Positions 1 to 9,524 of a stretch of DNA of 64,000 nucleotides are shown here, in pieces; position 1 is the first letter of the stretch; each line of letters starts with the position of its first letter. Below the pieces are notes generated by a model. It searched no databases. It saw only the letters and a program-made list of their open reading frames with translations, and was not told where the DNA came from. The stretch covers positions 32,001-96,000 of IMG/VR virus record IMGVR_UViG_3300029288_006559. The stretch is one strand, 5' to 3'. The position numbers and the translations under genes were made by a program. The stretch is from a virus. Taxonomy: Duplodnaviria; Caudoviricetes.

Positions 1-1
1 A

Positions 2-454
2 GAGAAATTTGACGCTCCTGTTGTATTAACTGTTAATCCGGGAACGTTGACAGATACTGCTGCTTGTATGCTTCACGATATACCTAAAAACCTGATGTTT
101 GTTAGGTTTAGAGCTAACATGTGGAATCAAGGCATCTGTCAAGATGTAGTTAAATGGTATTCTGAACGTTCTGTTCCTATTGTAATGACTTTTATGGCAT
201 ATTATAATGAAAAATCTATTCCGGAACAATGGAAAGATTGTTATACTTATAGGAAAAGAACTTTAAATTCTTATTGGGCAATTACAACCTCTGCTTGGGA
301 AGTTTTTATGTCTCGTTACAAATATAATAAATGGGTGTATTCTTGTGGGAAAATAGAAGGAGAAAAAGGAGTGACAGGGTGCAGATTTTGCGGTAATTGC
401 TTAAGAGAATATTTTGCTACTTTAGAGAGGTTAGAACCTTTCAAAGGAGAGTAA
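2..454 (+). CDS. 5'-truncated hypothetical protein with C-terminal Cys cluster (possibly Fe-S/radical-SAM-like)
   Basis: Frame is open from the window start (EKFDAPVVLTVNPG...); ends with C-x10-CRFCGNC. Confidence 0.5.
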   Translation, partial: EKFDAPVVLTVNPGTLTDTAACMLHDIPKNLMFVRFRANMWNQGICQDVVKWYSERSVPIVMTFMAYYNEKSIPEQWKDCYTYRKRTLNSYWAITTSAWEVFMSRYKYNKWVYSCGKIEGEKGVTGCRFCGNCLREYFATLERLEPFKGE

Positions 455-455
455 T

Positions 456-845
456 ATGAAAGTTTGGTATTATTCTTGTAATGTTGTTCAAAATAAAGCT
501 ACTCTTTTTTTAGACGAAATGCCTTGGTATATTAGGTTTACAGAATGGCTTTTTGATGGTATTTTAAGCCACGATTCGATTCCTTCTATTCCCTTACCCA
601 ATTGGTTTCCAAAAGTTAGGGATAAAAGCTGTCCTGATAAACTTTATACTTTAAAAGAGTGGTATGGGGATTTAGATGATTTATATTGTTATTTTGTTTG
701 TACCCGTATTTTAATTTGGACTCAGACTCATCCGAAAAGAAAATCTTATGAGTTTAGTTTGACTTACGAAGAATTAAAAAGAAAGCTATATACTTACGAT
801 CCTAAATATTTTGATATGTGTGAACGAGAAGTGGAAGAAGAGTGA
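456..845 (+). CDS. hypothetical protein
   Basis: 129-aa ORF, AAGGAG RBS, in operon context. Confidence 0.6.
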   Translation: MKVWYYSCNVVQNKATLFLDEMPWYIRFTEWLFDGILSHDSIPSIPLPNWFPKVRDKSCPDKLYTLKEWYGDLDDLYCYFVCTRILIWTQTHPKRKSYEFSLTYEELKRKLYTYDPKYFDMCEREVEEE

Positions 846-867
846 GAAAAACGAAAGGAAAAGTTAG

Positions 868-3042
868 GTGACAAAAGCCACAGGTGTAGTTGAAGAAGTT
901 GTTAAGGAAAAAAATTATTTAGATGAATTATCGAATTTTATTTTTACAAGTAAATATGCACGTTATAATGAGAAGTTACAAAGAAGAGAGACATGGGGGG
1001 AGGCTATAAAGCGTGTAGAAAATATGCACTTAAAACATTTTTCTTATTTAAGTGAAGAAGATAAAGTAGAGATGAGCAAGGCTTTTGATCTTGTTAGAGA
1101 GAGAAAAGTAGTGCCTTCAATGAGAACCATACAGTTTGGTGGTAAAGCTGTAGAGGCTCATAATGAAAGGGCGTTCAATTGCGGTGCCTGTTATGTGGAT
1201 TCCATCAGATCTTTTGCGGAAGTATTTTTTGTTTTATTGTGCGGGACAGGAGATAGTATTGGAGTATTTAAAAGGTATATAGACAGATTACCAGATTTAG
1301 TCGATGCTTCTGATAAGGCCGGAATTGTTTTAAATTACGTTGTTGAAGACACTATAGAAGGTTGGGCAGATTCTGTTGAAGCATTATTAATGTGTTATCT
1401 TCGTAATACTCCTCTTACAGGGAGGAAAATAGTATTTGACTATTCTCATATAAGATCAAAAGGAGCTCCTTTAAAGACAGGAGGAGGTAAAGCCCCTGGT
1501 TATAAAGGATTGAAACAAGAGCACTTAAAAATTAAAGAATTGTTAGATCATATTATTGAAAAGCAGCATCAAAAGCGTTTGAATAGCGTTAATGTTTACG
1601 ATATTGTTATGCATTGCGCAGAGGCAGTACTTTCTGGGGGTATACGAAGATCAGCTACAAGCGTTCTTTTTGACAAAGACGATCAAGGTATGCTTAATGC
1701 TAAGACATACTTTAAGGTGACAAAAAGAGGAGGATTTGAATTTGATGAAAAGAAAAAGTTATGGGAGGGATGGGTATATGTTGACGATCTCCTATATAAG
1801 GGTATGAAACACGAGGTTGAAATACCTTATGGGAAAGAAGATGGTGAGTATAAGTTGTTGCAAGAACAAAAACTTATCTCTTGGTTAAGAGTATACCCCC
1901 ATAGAGCGCGTAGTAATAATAGTATTTTATTGATTAGAGAAACTGTTACTAGAGAAGAATTTAAAAAGATTTTTGATGCTACTCGTCAGCAAGGAGAGCC
2001 TGGCTTTGTATTCGGAGTAGAGGATTCTCTATTTAATCCATGTTTCGAAATTCAATTTTTACCTACTACAAAGGATGGAAGAACAGGACATCAATTTTGT
2101 AATTTAACATCTCAAAACGGAGCTTTGATAGATTCAGCAGAAGATTTTTATAAGTGTGCTAAAGCAGCTGCAATTATAGGTACTCTACAGGCTGCATACA
2201 CTGATTATCCTTATCTTTCTAATACAACAAAAGAGTTAACAGAAGAGGAAGCTTTATTGGGAGTATCTATTACAGGAATTATGGATAATCCAGATATATT
2301 TTTAAATCCTCTTTATTTGGAAACTGCTGCTAATATTGTGAAGAGTACAAACGAAGTTTGGTCAAAAAAATTAGGTATTAATCCTGCAGCTAGAACTACC
2401 TGTATCAAACCTGAAGGAACGAGTTCTTTAGTATTGAAAAGTGCTTCGGGGGCGCATCCCCACGAGGCTTTAAAATATATAAGAAGAGTTCAAGTTAATA
2501 AACTCGATCCGGTATATAAGTTTTTTAAAAAACATAATCCGCATATGTGCGAAGAGAGTGTCTGGAGTGCGCACAAGACCGACGATGTAATAGCTTTTCC
2601 TGTTGCTGTTTCCGAAAAAGTTATGGTAAAATCTGAATTAACTGCTTTACAACATTTAGAAATTATCAAACTTTTACAGCAACATTGGGTTATTCCAGGT
2701 ACGACGGAATACAATAAAAGACCTATAACGCACAATGTTAGTTGCACTGTTTTAGTTGGTGAAGATGAATGGGGGATCGTTATGAATTATCTTTATGATA
2801 ATAGAAATTATTTTGCTGCTGTTGCTTTACTTCCTAAAACTCGTGGAAAGATTTTTCCTCAACTACCTTTGGAAGAAATTACAGGTTCTTCTGAAGATCA
2901 AACTTTATGGACAAATATTATATCGAAATTTGCGCATGTAGATTATACAGAGTTGAGAGAAGAAGAGGATGCAACTTCTTTACAGCAAGAACTTGTATGT
3001 GCTGGTGGTCAATGTGAAATGCCTATTTTGAGTAACGCGTAA
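868..3042 (+). CDS. nrdJ: class II (adenosylcobalamin-dependent) ribonucleoside-triphosphate reductase
   Basis: KYAR...RETW, FNC, GGIRRSA, RARSNNS, GEPG, NPCFEI catalytic motif, FCNL, TCIKPEGT, C-terminal CAGGQCE. Confidence 0.93.
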   Translation: MTKATGVVEEVVKEKNYLDELSNFIFTSKYARYNEKLQRRETWGEAIKRVENMHLKHFSYLSEEDKVEMSKAFDLVRERKVVPSMRTIQFGGKAVEAHNERAFNCGACYVDSIRSFAEVFFVLLCGTGDSIGVFKRYIDRLPDLVDASDKAGIVLNYVVEDTIEGWADSVEALLMCYLRNTPLTGRKIVFDYSHIRSKGAPLKTGGGKAPGYKGLKQEHLKIKELLDHIIEKQHQKRLNSVNVYDIVMHCAEAVLSGGIRRSATSVLFDKDDQGMLNAKTYFKVTKRGGFEFDEKKKLWEGWVYVDDLLYKGMKHEVEIPYGKEDGEYKLLQEQKLISWLRVYPHRARSNNSILLIRETVTREEFKKIFDATRQQGEPGFVFGVEDSLFNPCFEIQFLPTTKDGRTGHQFCNLTSQNGALIDSAEDFYKCAKAAAIIGTLQAAYTDYPYLSNTTKELTEEEALLGVSITGIMDNPDIFLNPLYLETAANIVKSTNEVWSKKLGINPAARTTCIKPEGTSSLVLKSASGAHPHEALKYIRRVQVNKLDPVYKFFKKHNPHMCEESVWSAHKTDDVIAFPVAVSEKVMVKSELTALQHLEIIKLLQQHWVIPGTTEYNKRPITHNVSCTVLVGEDEWGIVMNYLYDNRNYFAAVALLPKTRGKIFPQLPLEEITGSSEDQTLWTNIISKFAHVDYTELREEEDATSLQQELVCAGGQCEMPILSNA

Positions 3043-3044
3043 TT

Positions 3045-3284
3045 ATGGATACGAATCTACTTTCTACATTACCTCTTGGAGCTTCACAAGAGTTTATAGA
3101 TGGAATAAATAAGTGTTCTATTCCTGTGACGAATGAAGTAAGGCAACTGTTTAATGGGTTCACAGTTATATTAGATAATACATTTCCTCTTACATTAAAA
3201 GATGGAACTATTGTGGATGCAGTAATGTTAGGAGCTAACAGCTCAAGATGTTATTTTATAAGAGAAAAAAATGAGCTTATTTGA
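3045..3284 (+). CDS. hypothetical protein
   Basis: 79-aa ORF packed between neighbours. Confidence 0.5.
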   Translation: MDTNLLSTLPLGASQEFIDGINKCSIPVTNEVRQLFNGFTVILDNTFPLTLKDGTIVDAVMLGANSSRCYFIREKNELI

Positions 3285-3720
3285 ATTATATAGTAAAGTG
3301 GAGTATGAAGGTAAAATGGATGGGGAAGTTCTACCTCTTTGTAATGCTTTAAATGCTTTACCATTTATAAAAACTGTTAATAGTTGCTGTGGCCATGGCA
3401 GCGGCCCTCTTCGTATCTTTTTTACAGTTGGTGAAAGGAAAGAAGGACTGTTTTTTCTTACAAGATGTGTTGATTGCAGATATTGGAAGTATGGCTATTT
3501 ATGGAAATTAGAGTTAAGCGCTGGCGATGCTTGGGATGGAAAGAACCTACCTATAACTTATGTGTTGAGCAGCGGAGTTATTGTAGGAGATTTAGCTTAT
3601 GAACAAGCCCAATCTTTAATAAAAAATATGAATTTGCATATTAATCATAAGAGTTTTATGCAAGGATATGATTTAGAACTATCTAATTTTAAAGTAAGAA
3701 GAGTAATAGGAGAGAAGTAG
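3271..3720 (+). CDS. TYW3/Taw3-like protein (paralogue 1)
   Basis: D-x2-V-x2-L-x3-LN...KTVNSCCGH resembles the TYW3 N-terminal D..I..L...N...TTSSCxG motif. Confidence 0.45.
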   Translation: MSLFELYSKVEYEGKMDGEVLPLCNALNALPFIKTVNSCCGHGSGPLRIFFTVGERKEGLFFLTRCVDCRYWKYGYLWKLELSAGDAWDGKNLPITYVLSSGVIVGDLAYEQAQSLIKNMNLHINHKSFMQGYDLELSNFKVRRVIGEK

Positions 3721-3723
3721 AAT

Positions 3724-4389
3724 ATGACGCAAATAGAGCAAGTTCAGATTCCTATTTTATTACCTAAAAGAGGTAAAGGACATCAAGAAGTAATGGCTTC
3801 TTTTTCTGTTCTTACTTCTAAACCCATAGATCCTCTTACATTTATTCCTATTATAAATACATACGCTAATAAAACGTGTATTATAGTAGATACTGTAGAT
3901 ATGAGTAAACGTTTTTTAAAAACTTTATCATTAGATGATGTGTTCATAAGCATATCTTTTGCATATATGTTAGACAGAGTTTCATCTCAGTTATCTCCTA
4001 CGTTCTTTTCTTTACCTTGTTTCTATGAACGTAGTGTAGGGTTTTCAGATAAAAATAGTATTGCCATAGGAGTTAAGCTACCCATGCAGGCATTTCTAGG
4101 GAAACCTATTTCTTCATCTTTGACTGTTAAAATTGAACATCCTTCAAATGTCTTTTTTGAAGATATTGTGGATAGGGTGTATAAAACTTTAGGGGCTGTT
4201 TTATGCCCTGCGGTTGAGACAAAATCTTTAGATCAAAATCCTTGCTATACTCCCGAAGAAACTTTAAAAAAACTTCGGGGTGTATTCAAAGAGAAGAAAT
4301 TAGGAAAAGGAGGTTCTTTGCAGGTAGAAACTATGGATCTTTATCATATGTATAAATTAACATATACAACATCATGGAAAAACAATTAA
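3724..4389 (+). CDS. degenerate FolE2 (GTP cyclohydrolase IB)-like T-fold protein, catalytic motifs lost
   Basis: Colinear with FolE2 (ISFAY~IEFNY, IGVKLP~LEVNV, FFEDIVD~WIEDVID, SLQVETMDLYH~SLKVENEESIH) but lacks CPCS, HNQR and ESIH. Confidence 0.6.
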   Translation: MTQIEQVQIPILLPKRGKGHQEVMASFSVLTSKPIDPLTFIPIINTYANKTCIIVDTVDMSKRFLKTLSLDDVFISISFAYMLDRVSSQLSPTFFSLPCFYERSVGFSDKNSIAIGVKLPMQAFLGKPISSSLTVKIEHPSNVFFEDIVDRVYKTLGAVLCPAVETKSLDQNPCYTPEETLKKLRGVFKEKKLGKGGSLQVETMDLYHMYKLTYTTSWKNN

Positions 4390-5174
4390 TGACATACGAT
4401 AAAGCTATTTTAAAATTTGGAACTGAGGCTAAGACTCCTAAAATGTCTTTAGGCGGATTATTGCTTTCTAGTGATGGTATATTCTATTCTTTACAAGGAG
4501 AAGGTCCTTCTATAGGACGGCCTGCTATTTTTATTCGTTTACATATGTGTAATTTACAATGTGATTGGACAAAGGCCGGTGGTGGAAGGTGTGATACATT
4601 CTATACCTGGGACAAAGATACCAAAGAATACTGGACATCTCATTTTTTTATGTCTTTTGAAGATATTTTAAAAGAGATTAAAAAATATTCCTGTAAAAGA
4701 ATTGTATTTACAGGAGGAGAGCCTCTGATTCAACAAAAACAAATTTTAGAATTTACGCAAGCATATCTTGATTCAGAGTATATTGTCGAAATAGAAACTA
4801 ATGGTACTATTGCTCCTTCTCGAGAGGTTCTTGCTGATCTTTCCCCCTTTTGTTTAAATTGTTCTCCAAAACTATCCTCAGCGGGAATGGAAAAGAAAGA
4901 TAGAATTAAGCCAGAAGTTTTACAGATTATAAATAACTATGAATCTTCTATTTTTAAATTCGTTGTGACCAGTATTGAAGATTTGGCGGAAATAGAAACC
5001 CTCGTGCAGGAACTTAAGCTACGATCAGACAAGATTGTTATAATGCCAGAAGGGGTAGATGTACAAACATTAACTAAGAGAATGCAAGAGCTAGCTGGCG
5101 TAGTAAAATTAAGGGGGTGGGCTATGATTCCCAGACTACAGATTTTTATTTGGGGGAATAAGAGAGGAGTGTAG
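4389..5174 (+). CDS. queE: 7-carboxy-7-deazaguanine synthase (radical SAM)
   Basis: FYSLQGEG, FIRL, CNLQC-x9-CDT, TGGEPL, IETNG, SPKL, FKFVV, MPEG, PRLQ. Start at 4389 (TAATG overlap) preferred over 4374. Confidence 0.93.
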   Translation: MTYDKAILKFGTEAKTPKMSLGGLLLSSDGIFYSLQGEGPSIGRPAIFIRLHMCNLQCDWTKAGGGRCDTFYTWDKDTKEYWTSHFFMSFEDILKEIKKYSCKRIVFTGGEPLIQQKQILEFTQAYLDSEYIVEIETNGTIAPSREVLADLSPFCLNCSPKLSSAGMEKKDRIKPEVLQIINNYESSIFKFVVTSIEDLAEIETLVQELKLRSDKIVIMPEGVDVQTLTKRMQELAGVVKLRGWAMIPRLQIFIWGNKRGV

Positions 5175-5175
5175 G

Positions 5176-5538
5176 ATGAATTTAGAGGAGGTTCGGCGAC
5201 AAGTTATTAGTGAATTAGATGCTACTTCCGGGGAGCAGGGGCAGGCACATGTTTTAGCCGCCGATGTCGTTCTTACTGCTTTACAAAGACTTGGTTACCG
5301 TATAGTTCCTGCTATGATTAGAGTAGAAGGTAGTGCTATTACAGATTTTCAGAGAGCTATTGCTCAACAATGTGCTTTAGTAAACATTACTTGCAATAAA
5401 CTACACACTTCTTTAGATGGTAAGAAAAGACCGTGCGGTAATCAAATGACTTACCAAGTAGAGGAACAAGATATAAACGGAGCTTCTATAATTCAACTTT
5501 TAATAGCAGATGGGTGGGTTATTATTCCACCTCAGTAG
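5176..5538 (+). CDS. hypothetical protein
   Basis: 120-aa ORF with GAGGAG RBS. Confidence 0.55.
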   Translation: MNLEEVRRQVISELDATSGEQGQAHVLAADVVLTALQRLGYRIVPAMIRVEGSAITDFQRAIAQQCALVNITCNKLHTSLDGKKRPCGNQMTYQVEEQDINGASIIQLLIADGWVIIPPQ

Positions 5539-5548
5539 GAAACTAAAC

Positions 5549-5866
5549 ATGAAAGAGAAAATGTTATCTAAATTATATGAGTGGGCTGAAAGGTTTATTT
5601 TATGGTATGATAGTCGTGTTTACTTGACACATGAAGTAGCTCCATTTTCTTCTACGATGATCGTTACTGTTCCTTGTAAAGGCCAAGTAAAAGCTGGAGA
5701 GTTAGTTGCATATATCTCTGAAGAAGATGGCTCTGGATATTGCATTCCTTGTGGACTAGATAAATCTTTACATCCAATAGGTGTAGCCGTTTCTTCTTCT
5801 GATACAGCTGGCAATATAAACTTACAATTATCTGTAGGTTTTGTTATGCCTTCTAAGTCTAAATGA
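5549..5866 (+). CDS. hypothetical protein (weak resemblance to capsid-cement/DUF2190-like beta proteins)
   Basis: VKAGELV...PIGVAVSS...G.I.LQL pattern; AGGA RBS before ATG 5549. Confidence 0.4.
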   Translation: MKEKMLSKLYEWAERFILWYDSRVYLTHEVAPFSSTMIVTVPCKGQVKAGELVAYISEEDGSGYCIPCGLDKSLHPIGVAVSSSDTAGNINLQLSVGFVMPSKSK

Positions 5867-5901
5867 TTTATATACATTTACAAACTGATTGTATGTAATC
5901 T

Positions 5902-8550
5902 ATGTCTATTTCTTTAAAAGAAGTTAATATTTCTTTTACACCTTTTTGGTGTACCCTTTCTTACTCTCCTACTCCTTCACCAAACTTTTCTCGTGAGCTG
6001 TTAATAGCATTTCAGCAATTAGAACAAGAATTAGATGATGCACTAAAGTTTCATACAGAAGGATATTATTTTTCTCCCCAGTATCAGAGCGGGGGGTGGG
6101 ATGGATATACTCATCTCTATCATTTGAAAACACATCGGTTCAGGGCGGGAATGCTTTTAAAGGTGTTAGAGTTTTTAGAAGTTAAAAGCATCGGCGGAAC
6201 TGTATTTAATTTCCCCGATCCGCAAACTTTTTGCCAAAATAGTAATACCTATACTTTACGCCCTTATCAACTAAAAGCAGCACAAGATGTTTGTAAAAGA
6301 CGGTTTGGGATTTTACAAGCTCCTCCTCGAGCTGGTAAGACAAACATAATTATTGCTATTACAGATTCAGAAAGACGGTTTCCCGCCATATTGTTCTGCA
6401 GGAGTTTAGATTTAGCTTATCAAACTGTAGAAAGATTTAGAAACTTTTTACCATCTGTTTCCGTAGGTTTGGTTGGAGACGGTAAGTGCGATATTCAAGA
6501 TATTACAATTATGACAGTGCAAAGCGCTTTTGAGGCTTTTAATCAGCGTCCGAAAAATTTCGATGTAGCAGAAACTGATAAAGCCTTAGTGCGAGATGTA
6601 GAAAAAGCTTCTGTAAGAAAACTTATTACCGATGCGGAGATTGTTTTCTACGATGAGTGTTTTCCAAAAGGTACATTAGTTCATACTGATGTAGATACAG
6701 TAGTTCCTATAGAAGCAATTTATGAAAATCAAGATATTACTCATGTTCTTTCATATAATAAAGAAACACGAACATTAGAAAGAAAGAGAATTCTTAAAAA
6801 AACGAAGAGAGAAATTTCTAAGGATAGACTGTTTTTAGTAGAAACGTCTTTACATAAAGGAGGAAAAAAATATAAAGTTAGGTGTACTGATACTCATAAG
6901 TTTTGGACAAACAATAGAGGGTATGTAGAAGCAAAAGATTTGTGTTGTAATGATAGTTTAAAAGTGTTAACTACCGGGAATATTCAAACAACTTCTTCTT
7001 ATTATCATGTACCTGTTTTTTGCAAGAGGTGTGGTACACGTTTGAGTAGTTATAAAAAGCTAAAACAGCATAATTACAAATGTCATACGAAAGAAGGGCA
7101 GAGAAAAACGCAGGAACATGCACGTAAAATGTGTATGGAAAGGGAAAAGAACCGAACCTGGAGAAAAAATTTAAAATTAATGGGGTTAAGACGAAGAGGT
7201 AAAAATAATACTGTTTTTAGACATCCTGATACTATTAAAAAGATTAGAGAAACTCACCGTCGACTTTTTAGGAATATGCCGAAAAAAGAACAGTTAATGC
7301 AAATTAAGAGGTTTATGAATGCTCCGATACATAAAAGAAATAAGATTAATCGTCCAGAAAAAACTATTATTTCTTTTAAATTTAAAGGGCTTGAATATAC
7401 TGCAAAAGGTTATCATAATGATAGAAAAGAAACTGCTATAGAATTAATATTAGGTGGTAGAGAAAGATATAAGTTTCCTGATTTTACTTATAAAAAAAGA
7501 AAAAAAGTTATAGAGGTAGCAGATTTTGAATATTGGCATACACGAAAAGAAATGAACAAAGTTAAATACGCTTATAAAAAAGCAGGTTGGGATTGTCTTG
7601 TTTTAAATGCAAAGCAGGTTGTCGAGTTTCCAGATAAGATAAAGCGTAAAATTGTAAAATTTTTGTACAATCATAATGTTTCTCCTATTAAGGTAGGTTA
7701 TTCTAAAATAGGCTTTTATAAACCTACCGTTACTGTTTATAATCTAGAAATAGAAGATAATCATAATTATTTTGCTAACGGATTTCTTGTAAGTAATTGC
7801 CACCACTCTTCTGCAAAAACGAGTAGGTATATACTTGATAGATGCAAAAACGCAGTAATGCGTATCGGTGTAAGTGCTACTCCTTTTGAAGGGGATTCTT
7901 CTGATTGGTTGGTAGAAGAATCTATTGGGCCAGTTATTCATAAGATATCTTACTCTGAGCTTGTAAAAGAGGGGTATATTTTACGCCCTTACATTTATAT
8001 GTATAAACTTCCTCCAATGAATTTAAAGGGGGATGCATATCGGACTGTTTACAAGAAAGCAGTAACTCATAATGATTATCTTACTGGTTTAATAAAGAAA
8101 ATAGTAGATACGTTAACTTCTCAAGGTAATTCCGTCGTTGTGCAAACAGAGTTCATTGAACATACAAAACTTCTTGCTGAAGTTACCGGTGGAGTAATGC
8201 TTACCGGTCAGGAACGAGACATGTCTGTGCGTACAGATGTATTGCAAAGGTTGCGCAGTAAAGAAATACTTTGTGTTGTATCTACTCTTTTTGAAGAAGG
8301 TTTAGATGTTGCTTCCCTTGATTATACAATTAATGTGGCGGGGGGTTTAAGTAATATTGGAACATTGCAAAGAATGCGTTCATTAACAGCGTCTGAAGGA
8401 AAGGAAACCTGTGGTATTATTGATTTTTATCATCAATGCGAATATCTTGAAAGACATAGCAAGATAAGAAGAGATATTTACACTTCTGAGGAGGAATTTG
8501 TTTTTGAGATGAGAGATGTAAGTAAGTTAAAATTAGAGGAGATAGAATAA
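5902..8550 (+). CDS. SF2 (DExH, UvsW-like) helicase containing an intein
   Basis: LRPYQ, APPRAGKT, DE|CH split by intein, GVSATP, EGLDV, QRMR. Confidence 0.9.
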   Translation: MSISLKEVNISFTPFWCTLSYSPTPSPNFSRELLIAFQQLEQELDDALKFHTEGYYFSPQYQSGGWDGYTHLYHLKTHRFRAGMLLKVLEFLEVKSIGGTVFNFPDPQTFCQNSNTYTLRPYQLKAAQDVCKRRFGILQAPPRAGKTNIIIAITDSERRFPAILFCRSLDLAYQTVERFRNFLPSVSVGLVGDGKCDIQDITIMTVQSAFEAFNQRPKNFDVAETDKALVRDVEKASVRKLITDAEIVFYDECFPKGTLVHTDVDTVVPIEAIYENQDITHVLSYNKETRTLERKRILKKTKREISKDRLFLVETSLHKGGKKYKVRCTDTHKFWTNNRGYVEAKDLCCNDSLKVLTTGNIQTTSSYYHVPVFCKRCGTRLSSYKKLKQHNYKCHTKEGQRKTQEHARKMCMEREKNRTWRKNLKLMGLRRRGKNNTVFRHPDTIKKIRETHRRLFRNMPKKEQLMQIKRFMNAPIHKRNKINRPEKTIISFKFKGLEYTAKGYHNDRKETAIELILGGRERYKFPDFTYKKRKKVIEVADFEYWHTRKEMNKVKYAYKKAGWDCLVLNAKQVVEFPDKIKRKIVKFLYNHNVSPIKVGYSKIGFYKPTVTVYNLEIEDNHNYFANGFLVSNCHHSSAKTSRYILDRCKNAVMRIGVSATPFEGDSSDWLVEESIGPVIHKISYSELVKEGYILRPYIYMYKLPPMNLKGDAYRTVYKKAVTHNDYLTGLIKKIVDTLTSQGNSVVVQTEFIEHTKLLAEVTGGVMLTGQERDMSVRTDVLQRLRSKEILCVVSTLFEEGLDVASLDYTINVAGGLSNIGTLQRMRSLTASEGKETCGIIDFYHQCEYLERHSKIRRDIYTSEEEFVFEMRDVSKLKLEEIE
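6658..7797 (+). mobile_element. intein (380 aa) with C2H2 zinc finger and Vsr/DUF559-like endonuclease
   Basis: Starts CFPKGT, block B CTDTHKF, ends YNLEIEDNHNYFANGFLVSN/C. Internal CxxC-x12-H-x4-H and FPDF...IEV...YWH. Confidence 0.88.
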
Positions 8551-9104
8551 TGGGAATGTACACAAGTATAGTTCATCCTATAAGCGGTAAAGAAATACAA
8601 ATAAAAACAGGAGATGACGCTCTTGGGTGTTATCACATAGGGGATAAGGTTTGTACACATGTTCACCCCCGTGATTTTGGTAGCGGGTGTTGCTTTGACG
8701 GTGCATATTTAGGAATTGCCCTTCTTGATAATAAGCAATACAAGACAGAAGAGTATTGGGTAGTTATTAAAGATAGTATTGTATATTCTGTTATTTTAAG
8801 AAACTCTTGTTTGGAAGTCTATGAAGATAGGGAGAGTATAATAAAACGTTTGAGAATCAAATGTGGTTATAGGTGGTATTGGTATACCCCACGCGCTATG
8901 ATTTTGTTTTACACTCGTGTGTTCTTTAGCTTCTTTAAGTTTTGGTTTGAGAACAGAAAATTTGAAAGGGCAATAGCTCGTCTTACTCCGGAAGAGCAAC
9001 TCTGTTGGAGACTAGCACGTCCTTTGATGAAGCAGTTAAATTATGATAGTATTAGTAAGAAAGTGCTTCGTGTAAAAGGGATAAAAGAAAAGAAGCGGAA
9101 ATAA
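8550..9104 (+). CDS. hypothetical phage protein
   Basis: 184-aa ORF, TAATG-coupled to the helicase. Confidence 0.6.
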   Translation: MGMYTSIVHPISGKEIQIKTGDDALGCYHIGDKVCTHVHPRDFGSGCCFDGAYLGIALLDNKQYKTEEYWVVIKDSIVYSVILRNSCLEVYEDRESIIKRLRIKCGYRWYWYTPRAMILFYTRVFFSFFKFWFENRKFERAIARLTPEEQLCWRLARPLMKQLNYDSISKKVLRVKGIKEKKRK

Positions 9105-9524
9105 ATGCCTGTCGGTAAACATACTATAGGTTCTTCAAAAGCTACTAACGAATGGAGCAATAAAGATTTATTAATTTATTTTTCTCAAAGGCTCCAGCAA
9201 AGCGTTGGTTATGGTCTTAAGTTAGAAAGCGATGTAGAATGGGCTGCTTTTTTAGGTAGGATCAAGGGCTTTCGTAATAAATTGCATTTGAATTCATTGC
9301 AATATAAAGATTTTATTGATAAAGTATTTGATAACTTTTTTGTGAGTAATGAATATATACCTGTATTCGGCTCTATTGTTAGTGAACGTGTATATAATAT
9401 TATTAAGAAGTATTGTAGTTCTACTCGTCTAATGTATAGTGATTTTGATGAGGTAAAGAAAGAGCTATACTCTAATAATTTATTATTTAAAAAACTATTG
9501 GAGAGAGACGTTCATGTCCGTTAA
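9105..9524 (+). CDS. hypothetical protein, possible replication initiator/loader partner
   Basis: Helical 139-aa ORF overlapping the DnaC-like gene; function inferred from position only. Confidence 0.45.
   Translation: MPVGKHTIGSSKATNEWSNKDLLIYFSQRLQQSVGYGLKLESDVEWAAFLGRIKGFRNKLHLNSLQYKDFIDKVFDNFFVSNEYIPVFGSIVSERVYNIIKKYCSSTRLMYSDFDEVKKELYSNNLLFKKLLERDVHVR

Noticed and set aside
1700-1900. Extra segment in nrdJ as a possible intein or intron
   Set aside because: About 60 aa, in frame, with no Cys/Ser start or HN end; looks like a simple loop insertion
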